Origin: a virus
Lineage: Duplodnaviria; Heunggongvirae; Uroviricota; Caudoviricetes
DNA: 64,000 nucleotides
IMG/VR virus record: IMGVR_UViG_3300034196_000017
Coordinates: 13,422 to 77,421 of that record
Direction: 5' to 3' (one strand)
Shown here: in pieces, positions 18,816 to 26,888 of the stretch
How the letters are laid out: the number at the start of each line of letters is the position of its first letter
How positions within the stretch are numbered: the first letter of the stretch is position 1
Translations under genes and position numbers: made by a program
Notes under the pieces: generated by a model
Told to the model about the DNA's origin: nothing
Seen by the model: only the letters and a program-made list of their open reading frames with translations
The model's database searches: none

Positions 18816-19135
18816 TAGTTAACCTGCTCAAATGTAATTACTTCGGCATCATCACCTGTAAGTTCAAAGAACTTTGCAATCAAACCATCAAAGTCTTTGT
18901 AGCTTGAAGCATGAGTCTCAAAACCAATATACCAACCACGACCACTATAGTAGTTTTCGCACTGCACATTCAAAGGGAAACCACAATCTGACATTGCCTG
19001 AATATCTCCACCATACTTGCTATCAAGCTCACCTATTTCAAGAAGACCACGATGAACAAGATAATTTTCAGCGTCAGTTTTACTGTCTCCAGCATATACA
19101 CCAACGTATGTCATTGAATCATAAGAAACACCCAT
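18815..19135 (-). CDS. hypothetical protein
   Basis: 106-aa ORF with ATGA overlap to the exonuclease gene. Confidence 0.4.
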   Translation of the reverse strand: MGVSYDSMTYVGVYAGDSKTDAENYLVHRGLLEIGELDSKYGGDIQAMSDCGFPLNVQCENYYSGRGWYIGFETHASSYKDFDGLIAKFFELTGDDAEVITFEQVN

Positions 19136-19278
19136 TTACTCATCCTCATTGTTAGTTGATTCATCTTCACACATCCAGCAGAAGTCATACCACTTGTACT
19201 CTATATCGTGTTGGTCACAGTAATAAAGCGGGTTGCACGAAAGACAGTCATCATCTTTACATGTCATGTCTTTTCTCC

Positions 19279-19443
19279 TTAGCGATACTGTAGGCGGTAC
19301 ATTAGACCATTTCGGAACTCAGGTTCATCAACGGTTACCCAGCCAATTGCTGTCATGACTTCAATGATCATATTGTCATCTTCGTCGAGCATACGTGCTG
19401 CCATTGCAGGGATAACACCATCTTTAACAACTTCAAATATCAT
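19279..19443 (-). CDS. hypothetical protein (start refined)
   Basis: ATG at 19443 with SD GGAGAAAAG; the longer start lies inside the terminator. Confidence 0.3.
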   Translation of the reverse strand: MIFEVVKDGVIPAMAARMLDEDDNMIIEVMTAIGWVTVDEPEFRNGLMYRLQYR

Positions 19444-19460
19444 TTCTTTTCTCCAGATAA

Positions 19461-19485
19461 CAAAAAGCCCGCACAAATGGCGGGC
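19461..19485 (-). terminator. rho-independent terminator
   Basis: Minus strand: GCCCGCCATTTGTGCGGGC hairpin followed by TTTTTGTT. Confidence 0.6.
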
Positions 19486-19528
19486 TAATGTTCAACTCAA
19501 ATTGTCTCTACACTTTGTGATAACCCGA

Positions 19529-19855
19529 TCACTCGTTGTAGTCAGTAAGTTGCTCATACTTGGCGAACAGCTCAAGTGCAGCAAGTTTCTTTTCTTCGTA
19601 GTCCGCAGCAGCGAAACGTACAGCAGAAGCTGCAATTTTCTTCACCTCATCACCGGGGATTCCTTTTGGGTTATCGTCTTTGTGAAACTTAATATCCGAA
19701 AGCAGTTGCTTGATATCAGCCTTTGTTACGTTCAACTGACGGTTAAGCACAACCAGACGGTCAAACGCTTGATCTTCATTCAAAGTGAAGCCAGCGCGAC
19801 GGGCGTCAGATTCATCCAGAAATGTTTCTTCATAGTCAATCATCAAATCAGTCAT
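19529..19855 (-). CDS. hypothetical protein
   Basis: 108-aa ORF. Confidence 0.4.
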   Translation of the reverse strand: MTDLMIDYEETFLDESDARRAGFTLNEDQAFDRLVVLNRQLNVTKADIKQLLSDIKFHKDDNPKGIPGDEVKKIAASAVRFAAADYEEKKLAALELFAKYEQLTDYNE

Positions 19856-20119
19856 TTATTTCTCCTCAAATGTGTATGCGAATAGTGGACCACCAGACAA
19901 GTTAATGATGAACAGGTTACTATTTATAGTCTGTGTATAGCCCTTTTTCGCCAACTCATCTTTCAGAACAAGATGTTGTTCCTCATTGATATGGAACTGT
20001 TTTGATTTTGACTCAACTGCTGTGTTGATGATTTCAGTCACTTGGTTATACAATTCGACCTTACGGTCAAAGCTTGCGTTAGCAAGTACTGCATTACGTG
20101 CCTCTTTTGCACTAATCAT
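19856..20119 (-). CDS. hypothetical protein
   Basis: 87-aa ORF. Confidence 0.35.
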   Translation of the reverse strand: MISAKEARNAVLANASFDRKVELYNQVTEIINTAVESKSKQFHINEEQHLVLKDELAKKGYTQTINSNLFIINLSGGPLFAYTFEEK

Positions 20120-20283
20120 TTACTTCTCCTATTATTTCAGCTGTACATATTGAACGTAGAAGTGATGCCCAAACTGATCAACAAGGTCAGTTACAACATC
20201 GTGAGCTTCATCTTTATTGGTGTATGCATCTAATACGATATCATCACCATTCTCAGTCAACATGGTTACTAATGCAATTTCTT

Positions 20284-20484
20284 TCATGCGATCACCACTT
20301 TTTCGATGGAGAAACGATCAGCACCACTCATACCACGGTAAATTTTCTGGAACTCGTTGATGAATGCAGAAGGTGTTTTCCAGTGCTTAAACAAACCGAC
20401 ATCAGTTGATTCTATGAACGTGTAATTAACATCCGCAAACTCATTACGAACACGAACCGTCATCGCTACTGTTTTACTAAACAT
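20284..20484 (-). CDS. hypothetical protein
   Basis: 66-aa ORF. Confidence 0.3.
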   Translation of the reverse strand: MFSKTVAMTVRVRNEFADVNYTFIESTDVGLFKHWKTPSAFINEFQKIYRGMSGADRFSIEKVVIA

Positions 20485-20537
20485 GTATGTTACTCCTTAA
20501 AACAATGGGTCACCGAAGTGACCCTTGCTTATTAGAC

Positions 20538-21569
20538 TTAGAACGGAACGTCGTCGTCGAATGCATCAAAGTCCAGAGGTTCTTGTGGTGCCGCTTGAGG
20601 CTTACTAGCCTGTGGAGCATCACGTTTCTCTTCAGCAACCGGACCTACAGCGTCGTCAGCTTTGATCTTACCAATCTCAATCAGTGCTTTACGCAGATCA
20701 GATTCAGCAAAGTCTTCAGCCATCTTCATTGTGTTGATTACAGACTGACGCAGTGTCTTCAGAACTTCAGGATCTTGTGGACCCATAAAGTTTACAACGT
20801 GGAGGAACTTCTCATCCAGCGTTGGAACAGCACCCATATCAACCATCATCTTAGGTACAGGACCGTTGAAGGCGAACTTCTCATTCAGGAACTTCTTATC
20901 ACCGCTCTGATTCAGGTGAACATGAACGTTGAACATTGCTGCTTCACCGATCAGGTTACCAAGCATCTCAGGCTTGAAGTTACCGTTGTCCAACTGGTTT
21001 ACAGCTTGAGCCAGCTTGTACAGAATGGTATTGTTCTTCAGACCCCAAGTACCCTTATCCTTGTCGCGGTATTCTTTCAGGCTGTAAGGCTTACCAACAG
21101 TCTTACCGATACCCTTAACGCCAAACTCGTTGTTCAGCAGACCACGGAATGGCAACTCTTCACCTACACCATCCTCATCGAAGAACTTACCACGGTTGAT
21201 GCTAATGGTTGGAAAGTCAACCATGATAGCCGCACAACGCTCAGCTTTTACAGGCCAGCGCTTGTACTCGACCATCACGCCTTTACCGTTATCCAGAGTA
21301 GCGAAGTATTCCTTGGTCTTGCCATCACGAGCTTTTTGCTCAATCTCGGCTTTCTCAGCAGGAGTACCTTTCCATTCCATACGTGCGTCGTCTTGTGCTT
21401 GAAGACCAAGATCAATAACACCAGATACGATACCGATCAGAGCTTCAGGCTTGTCAGAGCAACCGACGGTCTTAACGATATACTCGTTCATCTCATCAAA
21501 GTTGATATCAGTACGACCTTCACCACTGGATTGACGGGTTGGGACGTTAAATACGAATTTCTTAGACAT
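20538..21569 (-). CDS. putative ssDNA-binding protein with acidic C-terminal tail
   Basis: C-terminus ...DFDAFDDDVPF (compare E. coli SSB DFDDDIPF and the T7 gp2.5 acidic tail with terminal Phe); sits among replication genes; start refined to ATG 21569 with SD AAGGAAA. Confidence 0.5.
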   Translation of the reverse strand: MSKKFVFNVPTRQSSGEGRTDINFDEMNEYIVKTVGCSDKPEALIGIVSGVIDLGLQAQDDARMEWKGTPAEKAEIEQKARDGKTKEYFATLDNGKGVMVEYKRWPVKAERCAAIMVDFPTISINRGKFFDEDGVGEELPFRGLLNNEFGVKGIGKTVGKPYSLKEYRDKDKGTWGLKNNTILYKLAQAVNQLDNGNFKPEMLGNLIGEAAMFNVHVHLNQSGDKKFLNEKFAFNGPVPKMMVDMGAVPTLDEKFLHVVNFMGPQDPEVLKTLRQSVINTMKMAEDFAESDLRKALIEIGKIKADDAVGPVAEEKRDAPQASKPQAAPQEPLDFDAFDDDVPF

Positions 21570-21642
21570 GCGTTTTGTTTCCTTTAAGTTTTGCTGACAT
21601 GCAGCAGAGTTTGATTTGGCATTGCTTACATCAATCATTCAA

Positions 21643-21671
21643 TGTAAGCAGCCATTATACCTCAAATGAGA
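21643..21671 (-). promoter_or_regulatory. sigma70-type promoter (TTGCAA-17-TATAAT)
   Basis: Minus strand: TTGCAA-acgattctcatttgagg-TATAAT upstream of the SSB gene. Confidence 0.55.
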
Positions 21672-21699
21672 ATCGTTTGCAAGAACTATTTTCAGTTAT

Positions 21700-22029
21700 T
21701 TATACTGATTCCCAAACGACTGTCTTGACCATCTTCTCAACCTTTTTGACTTCGTAAGGGTCACTTTCATAGGTATAGTACCAGTCTGTGTGATAAGAAC
21801 CCGAACGTGAACAACTCACTTCGAAGCAACGACCACTAGCAGTATGCTTGATGATATTGGTTGCATGTTGGTATTTACTGTCTTGGCAGAAGTCACCCTC
21901 TTCCTCATACTCCCACCCATGCATGTCGCAATTGAAAATCTGACGACGCTTCCTGCACTCATCCCATGAACCTTCTTGCCAAAGAGCAAGCATGTCCTCA
22001 ACACTGAAGTCTGGATATTCCTCGTTCAT
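21700..22029 (-). CDS. hypothetical protein
   Basis: 109-aa ORF rich in Cys/His/Trp. Confidence 0.4.
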   Translation of the reverse strand: MNEEYPDFSVEDMLALWQEGSWDECRKRRQIFNCDMHGWEYEEEGDFCQDSKYQHATNIIKHTASGRCFEVSCSRSGSYHTDWYYTYESDPYEVKKVEKMVKTVVWESV

Positions 22030-22199
22030 CGTACTACACGCTCCTGTACAATCTTTTGAAAGATACGTGGTACGGGATTGTACAGACCTTTTGCTACAAT
22101 CTCATCACGAAACGAGCGTTGGATAACACGTGCAGCTTCACGAGTAGATACACTAATACCGCCAACTTGATATGTGTATTGCTTTTTCATAACTTCTCC

Positions 22200-22481
22200 T
22201 TATGCTTTTTGCTCACGGGTTCTGAAGATTTCACCATATTCGGGGAAGTCATTCATGAACTTACGAGCGTAAAACGCCGTATGGTTGTTTGAAACCTTGA
22301 AGGCGTCAGTACTTTGAGTGCTAATACTTACTTCCCACCGAATCCGCTCAATGATCAGAGATGCACTAAGTTTAGTGCGACCAGCTTTGATAAGCTCGTT
22401 TGCAAATCGTTTGAACAGAAAGTAGATACCGGGGTTAGCAGCATCATATTCCGCAAATTTCTCAGCTAATGTTACGCTCAT
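22200..22481 (-). CDS. hypothetical protein
   Basis: 93-aa ORF. Confidence 0.4.
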   Translation of the reverse strand: MSVTLAEKFAEYDAANPGIYFLFKRFANELIKAGRTKLSASLIIERIRWEVSISTQSTDAFKVSNNHTAFYARKFMNDFPEYGEIFRTREQKA

Positions 22482-22819
22482 TTTAAAACTCCCACTTTGC
22501 TTTCAAGTTCAACGATCTTGTTTTGAATAGTTACCATCTCAGCATAGGCATTGCGTAGCTCTTGCTCCTCATGTTGCTGGGTAAAGAATAGAGCTTCAAC
22601 ACGTTGTTGAATCGGTCCATATTGAATAGTTCCGAGTTCGTCATGAACGTGACGCGCACGGTTGTTGTATTTACCTTGAGGATCAAGGATTTGACGTAAT
22701 GCGAAATAACCATGCGTTCCGGTAGTGCCATTTGCACGACCTAATAGAATCATCGCTCGCAACGCATCACGTGCCGTCAATTCCACTGTGATTTTTGAAT
22801 CAGGTGTTAGCATTGTCAT
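22478..22819 (-). CDS. hypothetical protein
   Basis: 113-aa ORF with overlapping start/stop. Confidence 0.4.
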   Translation of the reverse strand: MTMLTPDSKITVELTARDALRAMILLGRANGTTGTHGYFALRQILDPQGKYNNRARHVHDELGTIQYGPIQQRVEALFFTQQHEEQELRNAYAEMVTIQNKIVELESKVGVLK

Positions 22820-22821
22820 TT

Positions 22822-23079
22822 TCAGATACCCATTGGTAGCAAGTAAACACGCTTGATTTCTTTCAGTTTGAAAGTATAGCAGGTGTCGGGAAGGTTGCGG
22901 TTGATAATCTTGAGTTTACCATCCTGCTTGGAAAAAGCCTTAACAGGGTTGATATGCTCAGGTTGGAAACCTTGACCTTTCCAGTGAATGATCAGCTCCA
23001 TATTCATGTCTTCTGGGACAGCATGAATGAAGTCGTCACCCTTTAGGTTCAAAGTTGGGATTGGGGAAGCTTTTGACAT
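22822..23079 (-). CDS. hypothetical protein
   Basis: 85-aa ORF. Confidence 0.35.
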   Translation of the reverse strand: MSKASPIPTLNLKGDDFIHAVPEDMNMELIIHWKGQGFQPEHINPVKAFSKQDGKLKIINRNLPDTCYTFKLKEIKRVYLLPMGI

Positions 23080-23081
23080 TG

Positions 23082-23291
23082 TTACTCCTGAATATCTTCA
23101 ACTTTGAAGAAGTGAAATGTATTATTACCCAAACGACCATCATATGTGAAAGCCAAGCTATGATCATCATCAAGCCAACTCTCTTTACGAGTCAACGTAG
23201 AACCAGTAGCCAGACCATACATATTTTCATTTGGACCGATGAAGGTAACCGCATCACCTTGCTTTAGCGCTTTAAACTCTTCGTTTGTCAT
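23082..23291 (-). CDS. hypothetical protein
   Basis: 69-aa ORF. Confidence 0.35.
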   Translation of the reverse strand: MTNEEFKALKQGDAVTFIGPNENMYGLATGSTLTRKESWLDDDHSLAFTYDGRLGNNTFHFFKVEDIQE

Positions 23292-23299
23292 ACGAAACC

Positions 23300-23575
23300 T
23301 CAGGCAGTGAATGCTTTGATACGATCAAGTACACGAGAAAGCTTACCTTTCGATTCACCAGCACGTTGAATGTTCTGTTGAATCTGAGCAACCTCTTTTT
23401 CTTTCTCAGCGATATCCGCGTCAATCTGAGCGATAGCACCTTCCATCTTTTTCTCAGCCTTCGTAAAGGCGTCGAGTGCATCGTCCACCAGCTTCTCGTG
23501 GTCTACAATCGACTTAACCGAGAAACCTACGATTTTACCAGCTTGAGTAAACAGCGAGTCACGTTGTGCGTTCAT
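23300..23575 (-). CDS. coiled-coil protein
   Basis: 91 aa, heptad-rich; perfect promoter, SD and ATG directly upstream. Confidence 0.45.
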   Translation of the reverse strand: MNAQRDSLFTQAGKIVGFSVKSIVDHEKLVDDALDAFTKAEKKMEGAIAQIDADIAEKEKEVAQIQQNIQRAGESKGKLSRVLDRIKAFTA

Positions 23576-23601
23576 GTTTCTTCTCCTAGAAATGAGTGCG
23601 T

Positions 23602-23630
23602 ATTATACGCATGTTTGTTGTATGAGTCAA
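23602..23630 (-). promoter_or_regulatory. sigma70-type promoter (TTGACT-17-TATAAT) with near-palindrome over the -10
   Basis: Minus strand: AAAATAAAGC-TTGACT-catacaacaaacatgcg-TATAAT; TGCGTATAATACGCA is near-palindromic; AGGAGAA SD and ATG at 23575. Confidence 0.6.
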
Positions 23631-23638
23631 GCTTTATT

Positions 23639-23980
23639 TTATGCAGCGATTGCTACAGTATTTTGAAAAGATGTTACACGAGCGGCACCCGGTGTACCAC
23701 CTGTTGGTGGAGTACCATTTGGACCCGGACCTTTAGGATCAAGGTCAGTGTTCTTTGCACGCTGTTCATTATTGTAGCGATGGATATGACCAGCAAACTC
23801 ACCACGCTCCAAAGGAGACATTGGGAATGTCAGGCTAACAGTTCCATCTTCTTCACTAACAGCGCTAAACTGACGAGTTGCCAAGTGACGACGTTGAATA
23901 TGCACGATCACATCCAGCTCGGACAAGCCTGTCAGGGTGATATTGTTACCGTTGATCAAAATTGTTTTCATCTTAAACAC
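23639..23980 (-). CDS. hypothetical protein
   Basis: 113-aa ORF. Confidence 0.4.
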   Translation of the reverse strand: MFKMKTILINGNNITLTGLSELDVIVHIQRRHLATRQFSAVSEEDGTVSLTFPMSPLERGEFAGHIHRYNNEQRAKNTDLDPKGPGPNGTPPTGGTPGAARVTSFQNTVAIAA

Positions 23981-24111
23981 TCAAATTACTTTATGAATTA
24001 CAGTGGCACCATCAGCACCACCCATATAGAGCTTAATTCGAAGACTATCTGCTTCATGCTCATCAAGAAACACGTCTACAAAACGACCTTGAACTGTAAC
24101 AATATAAACTT

Positions 24112-24348
24112 TCATTTAAGTTTCTTCCGAAGGTCTTTGAGGAATTCTTTCATGTCTTCATAACCAAGGTCTTTACGAAGGCTTATTGCCAGCTTGGTTA
24201 TGACATCCATTGTAAAGTCTGCGTCCTGTTGTGTCAAGTCCAATTGCAGGATTGCATTTTCAACAACGGCACATCCCTGATTGGCAAGTCCGTATACAAT
24301 GTCATCCAATGAAACATCAATTGGTACCTGTGGGTTCAATTCACTCAT
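24112..24348 (-). CDS. hypothetical protein
   Basis: 78-aa ORF. Confidence 0.35.
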   Translation of the reverse strand: MSELNPQVPIDVSLDDIVYGLANQGCAVVENAILQLDLTQQDADFTMDVITKLAISLRKDLGYEDMKEFLKDLRKKLK

Positions 24349-24533
24349 TTCACATTACCATTTTCAAGTTCTTGGATTGCGTAGAGTACGGCACCACCAA
24401 TTGCTGTCAGGATGGTAAGCAGCGATTCATTTGAGGTCGTGGCATTGATGTGGTTGAAGCATTTCTCACGACCCTCTTCAACTTCTTTAAGTACGTGATT
24501 TAGCACTTCAAGAGCTGGTACTTTGTTAGTCAT
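24345..24533 (-). CDS. hypothetical protein (start refined)
   Basis: ATG at 24533 preceded by AAGGAG and a promoter. Confidence 0.35.
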   Translation of the reverse strand: MTNKVPALEVLNHVLKEVEEGREKCFNHINATTSNESLLTILTAIGGAVLYAIQELENGNVK

Positions 24534-24559
24534 ATACATCTCCTTGGTTGATGGTGACC

Positions 24560-24587
24560 ATTCTACTAGATCCTGATCACCTGTCAA
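24560..24587 (-). promoter_or_regulatory. sigma70-type promoter (TTGACA-16-TAGAAT)
   Basis: Minus strand: GAAAATAAATG-TTGACA-ggtgatcaggatctag-TAGAAT immediately downstream of the DNA polymerase gene. Confidence 0.5.
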
Positions 24588-24596
24588 CATTTATTT

Positions 24597-26837
24597 TCAA
24601 TCGTCTTCTACGTCACCCTCATCGTCAAGGATCGCATTACCGAGGATCGCTTGGACAAGCTTGTTAGCCTCATCCACGTAGTAATCATAGTTGATACCCC
24701 AGCTGAAGTCATCCATGTTGTTGCAAGGAGTGACATTCCATTTGCTGTCAATCGACAACCTACGATCACCCTCAAGCTCTTTACCCTCAAGTGCAGGCAT
24801 AAGCTTGATCAGCTTGCCACCGTGGACGCTAGGGTAGTACCGGCAGATGTTCTGAAGTGGTTTCTCTTCACCAGTCTCCTCATTGAACAAGACAAGCTTG
24901 GAACTACGAGGAACCTTGGTACGAAGCATGAAATCATAAGGATCATCATGACGACGAATGAAGTCTTCCGCATTACCTTCACCAAGAAGCTCATGGACAG
25001 CAGCCATCTTGACAACCAGTGCTGATTGGTTCTTGTGCCAATCCAAATCCTTGAACTCATAAGCACCTTTTCGTTTCACTTCACCACCACGGAACACTGC
25101 AATGTAGTTGTTCACGTTAGCAGACATCATCTTGTCATACAAGGCGCCTTCCATTTCAAGACCTGTAAGCTCTTCCCACTCTTTAACCAGAGTGTCAATG
25201 GTCTTTTTGGTCTGTACGTCATCACTCGCTACAAATTCAAAACCATCGGTGTTACACATGATAATTTCAGCACCAACCTGAGCCATGAGCTTTTCCATCA
25301 GCATACAGAGTGATAGTTGTCCATTGATTGTGATACTCATCATGAACTGCTTATCGAACATAGGACTAAACTCATCACCAGACGCACCATATGTACCGTT
25401 GAGCGCCAGCTTGAGAGCCTTGTTGAGCGCATGTTTCTTGTCATAAGAGGTACGTTCATCATACAGTTCTTCATACACGTCACAGAACAGCTCAGCCAAG
25501 TGTGCCGGGAATATACGGTTGCGGATACTCAGGTTTGGGTAATACGACTTAACGTCAAGCGTGTAAATGCGCTTACCGTCACCAGACTCAGTGACACCTT
25601 TCTTACAACCATGAATACCACCTGTACCGAAGTCATACTGGAAACCGTCGATCACAACGTTAAGTGGACTACTGTTAGCTTTCTTCTCATCAACGCCCGG
25701 TGCACCAGCAGTAATACGCCAGCAGAACCAGTAGGATGCAGCACCCTTAGGGCTCTTCAGCGATACAGCCTCTACCCAACCAAGAGGATGATCCTTCATC
25801 ATCTCAAGGACATGTTCCTCAGTAGGCACATAACGCTTGTTTTTAGCGCCCTGCTCAGGACAGTTCATCTTTTTCATCTTGACTTTCATGTTAGCGTACT
25901 TGGCTACGTCACCAAGATTATGCTCTTCCAGCTCAGAGAACACACCATTTGTTTCAGTGATTGTCTGTTCCATGAACCATTTGTGGATTGCTTGGAACTC
26001 AGGACGATCAAACTTGATGTAGTCGAGTACACAATCCTTCAGGTTAATGTGGGATCGAACAGTCTGTTGCATCTTACGAACCATACGTGGTCCCTGCTTT
26101 TCCATCTTATAGCAGATTCCCGGACGTGCTGACTCAAGACGGTTCACGAACAACTCTTTACCAATCTTGGTGTCATTGTAGTTCGTACAGTCAAAACCGA
26201 ACTGCACAGTCAATTCTGCACGAAGCTTGATTGCGTCCATCGAGTGATGGTAGAACTTCAACGTCTCCATAACGTCATGGTGGTTGTACTCGATCAAAAC
26301 ATCTTTCTGAGCATTGTTCAAGCGCATACCTACTGGGAACGGTAGGTCTTCGATATTCTTCGAACGCATGTTGAACTCAAGGATCTTCAGGCTAGTCATA
26401 CGAGCCTTGTTATCAAAGTGGTGAATCTTGAACAAGTCAACCTGAGGAATCAGAGTATCCGATGAACGAACAGCTGTACCAAACTTATTGTACTTAGCAG
26501 CCTCAAACATCTTACACACCTTGGTATAAATTTCAGCAGGTGTAATTACAAGTGGGATACCTTCATCCTTGGCCTTGCGTGCCTTATCCAAGATGTAGTG
26601 AAGCACTGGATAGTCAAACCCAACGTTGTTGAAACCTACCAGTCGGTGTTTTGCAGACTTCACTTTACGAAGGAAGTCAAGCATTTCCATAACATCATTT
26701 TTACGGTCGCTGATTTCGAATACACGACGACCTTTACCGTTAGCAAAAATGGTTGCGAAAGTAAAGATATTCGGATAGGTCTCTAGGTCATAGATCCAGT
26801 CATCGAATACCTTTACAAATTCTAACTCTTCAGCCAC
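24597..26837 (-). CDS. DNA polymerase, family B
   Basis: ExoI 'IYDLETYPN'; motif A 'LDVKSYYPNLS' (DxxSLYPS); motif B 'KLALNGTYGASG' (KxxxNSxYG); motif C 'MCNTDGFEF' (YGDTDS); GTG start after SD AGGAGAAT. Confidence 0.8.
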   Translation of the reverse strand: MAEELEFVKVFDDWIYDLETYPNIFTFATIFANGKGRRVFEISDRKNDVMEMLDFLRKVKSAKHRLVGFNNVGFDYPVLHYILDKARKAKDEGIPLVITPAEIYTKVCKMFEAAKYNKFGTAVRSSDTLIPQVDLFKIHHFDNKARMTSLKILEFNMRSKNIEDLPFPVGMRLNNAQKDVLIEYNHHDVMETLKFYHHSMDAIKLRAELTVQFGFDCTNYNDTKIGKELFVNRLESARPGICYKMEKQGPRMVRKMQQTVRSHINLKDCVLDYIKFDRPEFQAIHKWFMEQTITETNGVFSELEEHNLGDVAKYANMKVKMKKMNCPEQGAKNKRYVPTEEHVLEMMKDHPLGWVEAVSLKSPKGAASYWFCWRITAGAPGVDEKKANSSPLNVVIDGFQYDFGTGGIHGCKKGVTESGDGKRIYTLDVKSYYPNLSIRNRIFPAHLAELFCDVYEELYDERTSYDKKHALNKALKLALNGTYGASGDEFSPMFDKQFMMSITINGQLSLCMLMEKLMAQVGAEIIMCNTDGFEFVASDDVQTKKTIDTLVKEWEELTGLEMEGALYDKMMSANVNNYIAVFRGGEVKRKGAYEFKDLDWHKNQSALVVKMAAVHELLGEGNAEDFIRRHDDPYDFMLRTKVPRSSKLVLFNEETGEEKPLQNICRYYPSVHGGKLIKLMPALEGKELEGDRRLSIDSKWNVTPCNNMDDFSWGINYDYYVDEANKLVQAILGNAILDDEGDVEDD

Positions 26838-26850
26838 TTTATTCTCCTAT

Positions 26851-26873
26851 AAAGAAAAGGGGCATTACGCCCC
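26851..26873 (-). terminator. hairpin plus T-tract between primase-helicase and polymerase genes (terminator/attenuator)
   Basis: Minus strand: GGGGCGTAATGCCCC hairpin followed by TTTTCTTTAT, then SD and the polymerase start. Confidence 0.4.
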
Positions 26874-26888
26874 TTCATGTTTTGATGT

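Noticed and set aside
20487-21587. Long plus-strand ORFs (for example 20487..21587, 9580..10248, 23285..24163, 25317..26132, 56720..57787)
   Set aside because: These lie antisense to well-supported minus-strand genes (SSB, nrdB, polymerase, capsid). They lack RBSs and have low-complexity composition, so they are treated as shadow ORFs.
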